The position numbers and the translations under genes were made by a program. Shown here piece after piece: positions 48,940-57,536 of a stretch of 64,000 bases of DNA. Position 1 is the first letter of the stretch. Every line of letters begins with the position of its first letter. Source of the stretch: an uncultured Holophaga sp. (GTDB taxonomy: Bacteria > Acidobacteriota > Holophagae > Holophagales > Holophagaceae); assembly GCA_963664825.1 (NCBI GenBank), contig OY761614.1, positions 1,920,001 to 1,984,000 of the forward strand, written 5' to 3'. The notes under the pieces are model-generated. The model saw nothing but the letters and a program-made list of their open reading frames with translations. It was not told the origin of the DNA and did not search any database.

Positions 48940-50190
48940 GTGAATCATGCCTTTCGCAGCCTGAAGTTGCTTTCCCAGATGATCTTGATCATGGGATGCG
49001 TAATGCCGTGTCCTGCTCAGTATCAGGGCATGCTCCAGTCCAGTGTCCAATGGGAGGCGGGGCACCTTGTGGTACCGGGGAGTGAAGGCTCACGGAAAAT
49101 CCTCGTGCTCGACAAGGGATTTCGGGTTTCTCAAACGATTTCCTACCCGCTAGGCGTCTCGACGTTCCCCGATTCCGCGATGGCCTTTTTCCACAAGGGG
49201 GAGCCTTGGGTGTTTTGCCATCAGCGCATCGTGAATCCGAAGGGGGATCATGTTCTCGACCATCTGTACCGGTACCAGGATGGCCAGTGGAAGCAGGAGG
49301 GCAGCCACGAGGAGGAGGCCTTCCATCATGGGTTCGACGCCATTGTGCCGCTAGAAAATGGGCGTTTCTTTGGTGTTCGTATCGCCCAGATCAGGCGCTC
49401 CAAAGGGCTCGAATGCCCGTTCTACATCCTGAAAGCCGATGCTGAGGGGAAACTCCAGACGGTAGGGGAGGCAGATGGCGGCATTCCTCCCAAGCTCTTC
49501 GATGCCCCAGGCCTGCCCCGCGGGTATCAGGTCATTCGGACCGGCGCCTTCTTTCTCCTGGTGGACCCCCACCCGGGCTGGATCTGGGTATATTCGCTGG
49601 AGAACGGGAATCTCAAGCGTCTGGTCCGTGTTTACGAGGAACTGGACGAGAAGAGGATTCAGAAGAACGATTTCAGCTCTGTGGTCATTGGAGCTCAGGC
49701 GATGGAGGATGACACGCTCCTGCTGGCGGTGCATCCCGCCTCCAGTGCCCTTTCTGACGATTATGCCCGGCGGATGGAGGCGGGCCTGCAGGGTGGAGCC
49801 AAACTGGTTCTTGGGGCGGAGAATTCCTTTCCGAACGGAGAACCTTCCCCCGAGCAAGGGAACATGGAGATGGTGGATTGGGCCTGGAAGCACCACCCCG
49901 AGGTCCGTTGGGTGAACCTTGATCCAGCCACTGGGAAAATGCGGGAACTGGACCCCCCGCCCGAAGGAGCTCGCACCCGGATCGAATCCATGGTGGAAGG
50001 CATTACCTTCAATTGGATGCCTGTCTGGGATGGCCGGGTCGAATTCAGGTCCCTGGAGACACTCCTCGCCGAAGGTGAGCGCGCCATCGCCGCTGAACGG
50101 GAAGCGAAAAGGACGAAGGATAAGGGGAACAAAAAAAAAGAGCAGCAACGGCCAAGTCCAACCGATGTTCCGGCAACTGGGAGAAAATGA
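48940..50190 (+). CDS. Hypothetical exported protein, beta-rich (propeller-like)
   Basis: 416-aa ORF with signal-like N-terminus and repeated short beta-turn motifs. Confidence 0.65.
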   Translation: MNHAFRSLKLLSQMILIMGCVMPCPAQYQGMLQSSVQWEAGHLVVPGSEGSRKILVLDKGFRVSQTISYPLGVSTFPDSAMAFFHKGEPWVFCHQRIVNPKGDHVLDHLYRYQDGQWKQEGSHEEEAFHHGFDAIVPLENGRFFGVRIAQIRRSKGLECPFYILKADAEGKLQTVGEADGGIPPKLFDAPGLPRGYQVIRTGAFFLLVDPHPGWIWVYSLENGNLKRLVRVYEELDEKRIQKNDFSSVVIGAQAMEDDTLLLAVHPASSALSDDYARRMEAGLQGGAKLVLGAENSFPNGEPSPEQGNMEMVDWAWKHHPEVRWVNLDPATGKMRELDPPPEGARTRIESMVEGITFNWMPVWDGRVEFRSLETLLAEGERAIAAEREAKRTKDKGNKKKEQQRPSPTDVPATGRK

Positions 50191-50411
50191 CCGTCGCCCC
50201 GACGACTGGAACGAAGGGGCCTGCGCAGTAGGCGCATTTCGAGCCGTGATGCTCATGGGAATGTAAATTAGAGATCAAGGGAAGGTCATCGGGAACTGAG
50301 TCAGGAAGCCTCCCGGGTGAGGAGGGTGGAAACATCCCCCAACATGGGGTCGCTCGATTCCCCTCTTGAAGCCCGGCCCCCTTCCGTGGCCTTCTGGAGG
50401 GAGGTGCCGCG

Positions 50412-51098
50412 ATGCCCCAGGCCCAAAAAACGATCCTCCAGACGCGCTCCCTGCGGGAGCAGGTCTATGACTATCTGCGCGGGGAGATGGCCAGCGGCGG
50501 GATGCAGCCGGGCTCCTTCCTGGACCTCAACGCCCTGGCCCTGCATCTGGGCATCAGTCGCACGCCCCTGCGGGATGCCCTGCTCCAGCTGGAGGTCGAA
50601 GGCTTCGTGGAGATCCTGCCCCGGCGGGGTTTCCGGTTGAAGCCTCTGGGTCTCGACGAGATCCGCAATATCTACCAGATCGTGGGGGCCCTGGAATCCG
50701 CTGCCCTGGCCACGGCGGGGCCCCGGCTGGGGAAGGCTGGGTTCGCGTCCATGAAGGCCGAGAATAAGGCCATGAGCCAGGCCATCCGGGCCGATGACTA
50801 CGAGGCCTTCTTCGCCCATAATCTCGCCTTCCACGGGATCTTCCTGGAGGCCAGCGGGAACCCGCGCATGGCTTCCCTGGTGCATTCACTGAAACAGCGT
50901 CTCTACGATTGGCCGCGCCGCAAGGTCTTCCTGAAGAGCTGGGAGGCCCGCTCGATCGAGGAACATGCCCGCCTCCTGGCGCTGATGGAGAAGGGGAAGT
51001 TCGAGGAGGCCGCGGCCTACCACCGGGATGTGCACTGGTCCTTCGAGGTGCAGGAGCCCTTCGTGCGGGTGTATTACCTGACGGACCGGGCCGAGTGA
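50412..51098 (+). CDS. GntR (FCD) transcriptional regulator
   Basis: LGISRTPLRDAL..LE.EG; N.AFH; EEH. Confidence 0.93.
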   Translation: MPQAQKTILQTRSLREQVYDYLRGEMASGGMQPGSFLDLNALALHLGISRTPLRDALLQLEVEGFVEILPRRGFRLKPLGLDEIRNIYQIVGALESAALATAGPRLGKAGFASMKAENKAMSQAIRADDYEAFFAHNLAFHGIFLEASGNPRMASLVHSLKQRLYDWPRRKVFLKSWEARSIEEHARLLALMEKGKFEEAAAYHRDVHWSFEVQEPFVRVYYLTDRAE

Positions 51099-51119
51099 AG
51101 GGGAGCCTCCACTCAGGAT

Positions 51120-52763
51120 CTACTCCCGGTTGTTCGTGTACTTCGTGATGAGCTTTTCCCGCAGCCGGATGTAGAGGCCCGGCACCTGTTTCTGGATCCC
51201 GACGCAGAATTCGGTGAGGAATTTTTTCGCGGCCGCCGGGTCCTTGCGATGCAGCTCCAGGGCCTCGGCCTCCAGGGCGGGCAGCCGCTCCTGGATGCTC
51301 CGCTCGAAGGGATCCCGGGCCTCGCGCACATCCCGGATGGCGTCCTGGAAGCGCAGGTTGGCCAGGTTGTCCACGAAGTCGATGGTCCATCGCGCGCTGG
51401 CGTCGCTGTAGGCCTCGGGATCATAGATCTGGTAGCTGGGAGCCGTGTCCGTGACGCCCGCATACATGGGCACGTAGGGGCTGATGGCCGGGTTGTCCAA
51501 GTAGACCCAGTAGAGGCCTCCGATGCTGTCGGGCAGCCAGCCCCGCAGCTGGCAGACCATGCCGTAGTGGTCGCGATGGCGAGCCACCGGTCGGCGGTAG
51601 GTGATCTTGAGGAGGGCCCTCAGGTCCTTGCCGGGAAAGGGCGTGGCCAGGGGGCTTCGCGTCAGGCCACCCTTGGCATCCGCGACCTGCCAGGCGGGGT
51701 CCGAGGCCATATCGTAGATGCTGCCTTCCATGGTGGAGCGCTGGAAGGCGATGACATCCTGCACGGAGATCTTCTTCTCGGGTCTGAGGGAGAAGGGATA
51801 GATGGCGAGGGGTTCCACCGTCTGGAAGTAGGGACTGATGCCCTTGAGGGGCTCGGTTGGGTTGAGCCTGCGATCGGGCCAGGGGTGGCCGTTGGGCTTG
51901 AGGTTCGGCGCGAAGGTGGTGGCGAAGAGCCAGAAACGGCCCGTGGCGAATTCCTCGGGCAGGGGCGTGTAGGCGTCCTGCCAGATGAAGGGACGTCCCG
52001 CTTTGGGGTCGAACCAGCCCCGGTCAATGGCCTCCTGCTGGTAGTTCTTGGAGACGAGGAAGCGGGAGGCATCCTTCGGATCGATGCCCTTGATGATGCT
52101 CCAGTTGGGGATGAGCAGGGCTTCGTCATCGGGAATGCGCTGGGCGGCCCAGATGGCGCCGGGCTTGCCCCCGGCCTTCTTCCAGCCTGGTCCCACCGAG
52201 AAGACCTCGAAGACCCAGGCCTCCTCGGTGTCGCCGATGACGAGGGATTCCGAACCATCCGGAGAGGGGAGGAAGCCGTAGGTCTCCATGAGCTGGCCCA
52301 CGAGGCGGACCGCATCCTTGGCCTTGCGGCAGCGCTGGAGGGCGAAGACCTGGGCCTGTTCGATGGTCATGATCTGTTCGCCCGCGCCCTTGGCCACGGC
52401 GAGCTCGGGGCGCTGGCTCGTGGTGCTCTCGACGATGGCGAGCTGGTACTCGTTCATGTGGGAATAGGCGGACTGGAAGTAGGTGTAGGTTCGGGCTACC
52501 TGGGGTATGTAGCCGAGGATCTCCCCGGGACTGGCCAGGGGCCGGGAGGGATCCTGGAGGCCCCAGCCCACGGGAGCCTTCTCGCCGGCCCCGAAGGCAC
52601 GCCCTGGCACGACCCGAATGCGCGAATCGGGGCCACAGTCCGTGTGGGAGAGAATCACGGAGCCGTCCACCGTGGCCTTCTTGCCCGCGGCGATGACGGT
52701 GCAGGGCTGCAGGGTGAGGGACGCCACCAGCCATGTGAAGAGGATTACCAGGGGCTTTTTCAT
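51120..52763 (-). CDS. C69 family dipeptidase, exported
   Basis: Signal peptide then CTVIAAGKKATVDGSV; MNEYQLAI.EST; WAAQRIPDD. Confidence 0.88.
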   Translation of the reverse strand: MKKPLVILFTWLVASLTLQPCTVIAAGKKATVDGSVILSHTDCGPDSRIRVVPGRAFGAGEKAPVGWGLQDPSRPLASPGEILGYIPQVARTYTYFQSAYSHMNEYQLAIVESTTSQRPELAVAKGAGEQIMTIEQAQVFALQRCRKAKDAVRLVGQLMETYGFLPSPDGSESLVIGDTEEAWVFEVFSVGPGWKKAGGKPGAIWAAQRIPDDEALLIPNWSIIKGIDPKDASRFLVSKNYQQEAIDRGWFDPKAGRPFIWQDAYTPLPEEFATGRFWLFATTFAPNLKPNGHPWPDRRLNPTEPLKGISPYFQTVEPLAIYPFSLRPEKKISVQDVIAFQRSTMEGSIYDMASDPAWQVADAKGGLTRSPLATPFPGKDLRALLKITYRRPVARHRDHYGMVCQLRGWLPDSIGGLYWVYLDNPAISPYVPMYAGVTDTAPSYQIYDPEAYSDASARWTIDFVDNLANLRFQDAIRDVREARDPFERSIQERLPALEAEALELHRKDPAAAKKFLTEFCVGIQKQVPGLYIRLREKLITKYTNNRE

Positions 52764-52839
52764 GGGGTTCACCAAGTTCTTTTGGGTTCCAGGGCTGCGA
52801 AGGGGAAGTCTCCCACGGACCAGGGCTTCTAATGAAACA

Positions 52840-52878
52840 TTGTCCACAAATTTGCGGAACTGATATATTAGATATCCA
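52840..52878 (+). promoter_or_regulatory. Putative promoter/operator of the hyp operon
   Basis: TTGTCC-18 nt-TATATT with extended -10 TG; overlapping GATAT repeats. Confidence 0.5.
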
Positions 52879-52898
52879 GAGTTTTTTGGAGGAGCCCC

Positions 52899-54287
52899 AT
52901 GTTTCCGAGCCAAACCTACCTGGAACGCCGCGCGCGCCTGCGGGCCCAGATGCAGGGCCAGAAGGGCCTCCTGCTCTTCCTGGGCAACGAGGATTCGCCC
53001 ATGAACTATGGGGACAACTGCTTCCATTTCCGCCAGGACAGCAGCTTCCTCTATTTCCTGGGGGTGGACCAGCCGGGCTGGGCGGGCCTCCTGGATCTGG
53101 ACGCGGGCACCACGACCCTCTTCGCCGAGGATCTCTCTCTGGATGCCATCGTGTGGATGGGGCCCCAGCCCACGGTGGCCGAACGGGCCTCCCGGGCGGG
53201 CATCCTGGATACGGCTCCGGCGGCCCGACTGGAGGAGATCCTGGCCCAGGCCAAGGCTCAAGGCCGGCCCATCCACTTCCTGCCCCCCTACCGCCCCGAG
53301 AACCGCCTGCGCCTGCTGGATCTCCTGGGCATTCCTCCGGCCGCCCAGGCCTCCCGGGCTTCGCTGGCCTTCCTCCAAGCCGTCATCGCCCTGCGCGTCC
53401 ACAAGGGCCCAGAAGAGGTGCTCGAGATCGAGAAGGCCGTGGGCACTTCCCTGGAGATGCACTTGGCCGCCATGCGCATGGCCCGCCCAGGCCTGAAGGA
53501 ATCCGATATCGCCGCCCGGGTCTCGGAGATCGCCCAGGCCGCCGGGGGGCAGATCGCCTTCCCCGTCATCGCCACCGTGCATGGGGAGACGCTGCACAAC
53601 CACTTCCATGGCCATGGCCTGGAACCGGGCCAGCTCTTTCTCCTGGATGCGGGGGCCGAAGGGGAATCCCACTATGCCGGGGACCTCACGAGCACCTTCC
53701 CCGTGGACCCCACCTTCCCGTCCCGCCAGCGCGACGTCTACGAGATCGTCCTGGCCGCCCATCTGGCGGCCGTGGGCGCCCTGAAGCCGGGCGTTAACTT
53801 CCGCGACGTGCATCTCCTGGCCTGCCGCACCCTGGCCGAAGGACTCAAGGGCCTCGGGCTCATGAAGGGGGATCTGGATGAGGCCGTGGCCCTGGGCGCC
53901 CACGCCATGTTCTTCCAGTGCGGCCTGGGCCACATGATGGGCCTGGATGTCCACGATATGGAGGATCTGGGCGAAGTATGGGTGGGCTACGAAGGGCAGG
54001 CCAAGAGCACCCAGTTCGGCCTGAAATCCCTGAGGCTGGCCCGGGCACTGGAGCCGGGCTTCGTCTTCACGGTGGAACCCGGCCTCTACTTCATTCCCGA
54101 ATTGATGGATCGCTGGAAGGCCGAAGGGAAGTTCCTGGATTTCATCGACTACGAGCGGCTCCAGGCCTACCGAACTTTCGGTGGCATCCGCATCGAAGAG
54201 GACTTCCTGGTGACCTCCGAAGGCGCGCGCATGCTGGGGCCCCGCAAGCCCCGCAGCGCCGCCGAGGTGGAGGCTCTCCGTGGGTGA
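52899..54287 (+). CDS. pepP: Xaa-Pro aminopeptidase/prolidase (M24B)
   Basis: FRQDSSF.Y, DAG, GDLT, GHMMGLDVHD, TVEPG, GIRIEED. Confidence 0.9.
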   Translation: MFPSQTYLERRARLRAQMQGQKGLLLFLGNEDSPMNYGDNCFHFRQDSSFLYFLGVDQPGWAGLLDLDAGTTTLFAEDLSLDAIVWMGPQPTVAERASRAGILDTAPAARLEEILAQAKAQGRPIHFLPPYRPENRLRLLDLLGIPPAAQASRASLAFLQAVIALRVHKGPEEVLEIEKAVGTSLEMHLAAMRMARPGLKESDIAARVSEIAQAAGGQIAFPVIATVHGETLHNHFHGHGLEPGQLFLLDAGAEGESHYAGDLTSTFPVDPTFPSRQRDVYEIVLAAHLAAVGALKPGVNFRDVHLLACRTLAEGLKGLGLMKGDLDEAVALGAHAMFFQCGLGHMMGLDVHDMEDLGEVWVGYEGQAKSTQFGLKSLRLARALEPGFVFTVEPGLYFIPELMDRWKAEGKFLDFIDYERLQAYRTFGGIRIEEDFLVTSEGARMLGPRKPRSAAEVEALRG

Positions 54288-55179
54288 AGGGATCCCAGCC
54301 CGGCCCGGGGAATGCGCTGGCCTCGTCTTCCATATCCAGCGCTTCTCCCTGCAGGATGGGCCGGGACTGCGCACGACGGTCTTCCTCAAGGGATGTCCCC
54401 TGGCCTGCGCCTGGTGTCACAACCCGGAGAGCCAATCCCCCGTTCCCGAACTGCTGACGCTAGAAGGCCGCTGCATCCATTGCGGAGCCTGCACGGCGGC
54501 CTGCGGGAATGCTCCCTGCCAACTCTGCGGCGCCTGCGTGGAGGCCTGTCCCACGGGGGCCCGGCGGATGGTGGGCCGCAAGATGGGAGGGGAGGAAGTC
54601 CTGAAGGAAGCCCTGCGGGACCGCATCTTCTTCGATCAATCCGGCGGCGGCGTGACCTTCTCGGGAGGCGAGCCCCTGATGCAGGCGGACTTCGTATGCG
54701 AAATGGCCGAGGCCCTGAAGGCCTGCGGCGTGCATACGGCCCTGGACACCTGTGGCTTCGCAAGCGAGGAGGATCTGCTGAGGGTGGCTGCCCGGGTGGA
54801 TCTGGTGCTCTTCGACCTGAAGCTCATGGACGAGGCCCGGAACCGGGAGGCCACTGGGGCCTCGAACGCGCCCATCCTGGCCAATCTGGAGGCCCTCTCC
54901 AGGGTCCATTCCGCCATCTGGATCCGCGTGCCGATCATCCCCGGTCTCAATGATGACGACGACAACCTGGAGGCCACGGCCCTCCTGGCGGCCAAGACGC
55001 CCGGCGTCCGGCGGATGGATCTGCTCCCCTATCACGCCACCGGCGCCGTGAAGTTCGCTCGCCTCGGCAAGACCTATGCCCTGGACTCGGTGGAGCCACC
55101 CTCCCCCGGGCGCATGGAAGAGATCGCGCGGCGCTTCCGCGCCCATGGCATCGACGTGAACCTCGGAGGCCGCTCATGA
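54280..55179 (+). CDS. Glycyl-radical activating enzyme (HypD-AE)
   Basis: DGPGLRT, CPLACAWCHNPE, two ferredoxin-like CxxCxxCxxxC motifs, SGGEP, LLPYH. Confidence 0.95.
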   Translation: MGEGIPARPGECAGLVFHIQRFSLQDGPGLRTTVFLKGCPLACAWCHNPESQSPVPELLTLEGRCIHCGACTAACGNAPCQLCGACVEACPTGARRMVGRKMGGEEVLKEALRDRIFFDQSGGGVTFSGGEPLMQADFVCEMAEALKACGVHTALDTCGFASEEDLLRVAARVDLVLFDLKLMDEARNREATGASNAPILANLEALSRVHSAIWIRVPIIPGLNDDDDNLEATALLAAKTPGVRRMDLLPYHATGAVKFARLGKTYALDSVEPPSPGRMEEIARRFRAHGIDVNLGGRS

Positions 55180-57536
55180 ACCCACGCACTTTCCAGCTGC
55201 GCCAGGAGAGCCTGGACGCCGTTCCCACCCTCAGCCTGGAGCGGGCCCAGTTGATGACTGCCTTCTACAAGGAACACCTGGGCCGCCATTCCGTGCCCGT
55301 GATGCGGGCCCTGGCCTTCCACCATCTCTGCGAGCACAAGACGCTCTGGATGGGCGAAGGGGAGCTGATCGTGGGCGAGCGGGGGCCCAGGCCCAAGGCC
55401 GTGCCCACCTATCCCGAACTCACCTGCCACAGCGTGGAGGATCTGCGCATCCTGGATTCGCGTTCCAAGACCAGCTACAGAGTAAACGCCGCGATGATCG
55501 AGGCCTACGAGAAGGAGATCATCCCCTACTGGCGGGGGCGGAGCATGAGGGACCAGATATTTCAGGAGCTCTCTCCTGAATGGCAGACGGCCTACCACGC
55601 GGGCGTCTTCACGGAGTTCATGGAACAGCGCGCCCCGGGCCACACGGTGCTGGATGGCAAGATCTACGGCAAGGGCATGCGGGATTTCCTGGTCGATATC
55701 GCCCGCTCGGAAGCGGCCCTGGATTTTGAGCGGGCCCCGGAGGCCCTGGATAAGCGCGAGCAGCTGAAGGCCATGGAGATCGCCTGCGTGGCCCTCATCC
55801 GCTTCGCTGAGCGCCATGCGGAGCTGGCGGAAACACTGGCCCTGGCTTCAGATGATCCTGCACGACAGGAGGAATTGCGCCGCATCGCAGCGACCTGTCG
55901 CCGCGTGCCCGCCCACGCGCCTCGGGACTTCCAGGAGGCGCTGCAGTACTACTGGTTCTGCCACCTGGGGGTGATCACCGAACTCAACGGCTGGGACGCC
56001 TTCAGCCCGGGCCACCTGGACCAGCACCTCTGGCCCTTCTACCAGCGGGGTCTCCAAGACGGCACGCTCAGTCGGGAGAAGGCCAAGGAGCTGCTGGAGT
56101 GCTTCTTCGTGAAGTTCAATAATCACACGGCCCCCCCCAAGGTGGGCGTCACGGCGGCCGAGAGCGGCACCTACACGGACTTCGCCAACCTCAACCTAGG
56201 GGGGCTTCGGCCGGATGGTTCGGATGGCAGCAACGATGTGACGCACCTCCTGCTGGAGATCATCGACGAGATGCATCTGCTCCAGCCCAGCAGCAATGTG
56301 CAGGTCTCCCGCAAGACGCCGGACGCCGTGCTGAAGCACGCCCTGCGCGTGATCCGGAAGGGCTACGGATTCCCCTCCCTCTTCAACGCCGATTCGGTGG
56401 TGGAGGAACAGCTCCGTCAGGGCAAGACCCTGGAGGACGCCCGGGAGGGCGGCTGTTCGGGATGTGTGGAGGTGGGAGCCTTCGGCAAGGAGGCCTACAT
56501 CCTCACGGGCTACTTCAATTTGGTGAAGATGCTCGAACTGGCCCTCCACGATGGCGTGGATCCCCGCACAGGCAAGCAGCTGGGGCCCCGCACGGGCGCG
56601 GCCTCGGAACTTGGGGACTTCGACGCCCTCTTCAAGGCCTTCGAGGCGCAGACTCGGCATTTTCTGGATATCAAGATCCGGGGCAACCAGCTCATCGAGC
56701 GCCTCTTCGCCACCCGCATGCCCGTGCCCTTCCTATCGGTCCTCACCGACGACTGCATCGCCAAGGGCCGGGATTACAACGCGGGCGGGGCGAGGTACAA
56801 CAACACCTTCATCCAGGCCGTGGGCATCGGCAGCCTGGCCGATAGCCTTTCGGCCCTCCAGGAACTGGTCTTCGAGCAGGGGGCCCTCGATCTACCCGGA
56901 ATGGTGCAGGCTCTCGATGCGGATTTCGCGGAACGCGAAATCCTGCGCCAGCGCCTCCTCAACAAGACCCACAAATACGGCAACGACGACGACTACGCCG
57001 ACGACCTGATGCTGCGGGCCTTCCACTTCCTCTTCGAGAATATCGATGACCGTCCCAACGGCAAGGGGGGCGCCTACCGGCTGGAGATGCTGCCCACCAC
57101 ATGCCATGTCTACTTCGGCCAGGTGTGCCAGGCCTCCTCCGATGGCCGGAAGGCCGGCGAGCCCCTCTCGGAAGGCATCAGCCCCGTGCAGGGGGCCGAT
57201 CGCTGCGGTCCCACGGCCGTGCTGCAATCCGCCGGGAAGATGGATCACGTGAAGACCGGCGGGACGCTGTTGAACATGAAGTTCACGCCGGGACTCCTGG
57301 AGGGAGACGCGGGCATCGAGGGCCTGCATCATCTGGTGCGGACCTATTTCAAGCTGGATGGCCACCACGTGCAGTTCAACGTGGTCAGCGTAGGCACCCT
57401 GCGGGAGGCCCAGGCCCACCCCGAGGCCCACCGGGATCTCATCGTGCGCGTGGCGGGCTATTCGGATTACTTCCTGGATTGCTCCCTGGAACTCCAGAAG
57501 GAGATCATCCACCGCACCGAACACCATGCTTTCTAG
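55176..57536 (+). CDS. hypD: trans-4-hydroxy-L-proline dehydratase (glycyl radical enzyme)
   Basis: FTEFMEQRAPGHT, WDAF, APPKVG...ES.TYTDFAN, SGCVE, LTGY, MLPTTCH, RVAGYS match motifs recalled for C. difficile HypD. Confidence 0.9.
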   Translation: MNPRTFQLRQESLDAVPTLSLERAQLMTAFYKEHLGRHSVPVMRALAFHHLCEHKTLWMGEGELIVGERGPRPKAVPTYPELTCHSVEDLRILDSRSKTSYRVNAAMIEAYEKEIIPYWRGRSMRDQIFQELSPEWQTAYHAGVFTEFMEQRAPGHTVLDGKIYGKGMRDFLVDIARSEAALDFERAPEALDKREQLKAMEIACVALIRFAERHAELAETLALASDDPARQEELRRIAATCRRVPAHAPRDFQEALQYYWFCHLGVITELNGWDAFSPGHLDQHLWPFYQRGLQDGTLSREKAKELLECFFVKFNNHTAPPKVGVTAAESGTYTDFANLNLGGLRPDGSDGSNDVTHLLLEIIDEMHLLQPSSNVQVSRKTPDAVLKHALRVIRKGYGFPSLFNADSVVEEQLRQGKTLEDAREGGCSGCVEVGAFGKEAYILTGYFNLVKMLELALHDGVDPRTGKQLGPRTGAASELGDFDALFKAFEAQTRHFLDIKIRGNQLIERLFATRMPVPFLSVLTDDCIAKGRDYNAGGARYNNTFIQAVGIGSLADSLSALQELVFEQGALDLPGMVQALDADFAEREILRQRLLNKTHKYGNDDDYADDLMLRAFHFLFENIDDRPNGKGGAYRLEMLPTTCHVYFGQVCQASSDGRKAGEPLSEGISPVQGADRCGPTAVLQSAGKMDHVKTGGTLLNMKFTPGLLEGDAGIEGLHHLVRTYFKLDGHHVQFNVVSVGTLREAQAHPEAHRDLIVRVAGYSDYFLDCSLELQKEIIHRTEHHAF

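Noticed and set aside
52764..54389. Apparent 1089-aa minus-strand ORF (51120-54389)
   Set aside because: The upstream half is antisense to pepP; the real C69 gene starts at 52763 with a signal peptide
55176..57536. Pyruvate formate-lyase or choline TMA-lyase assignment
   Set aside because: It lacks the PFL adjacent Cys-Cys pair, and the active-site motifs match HypD
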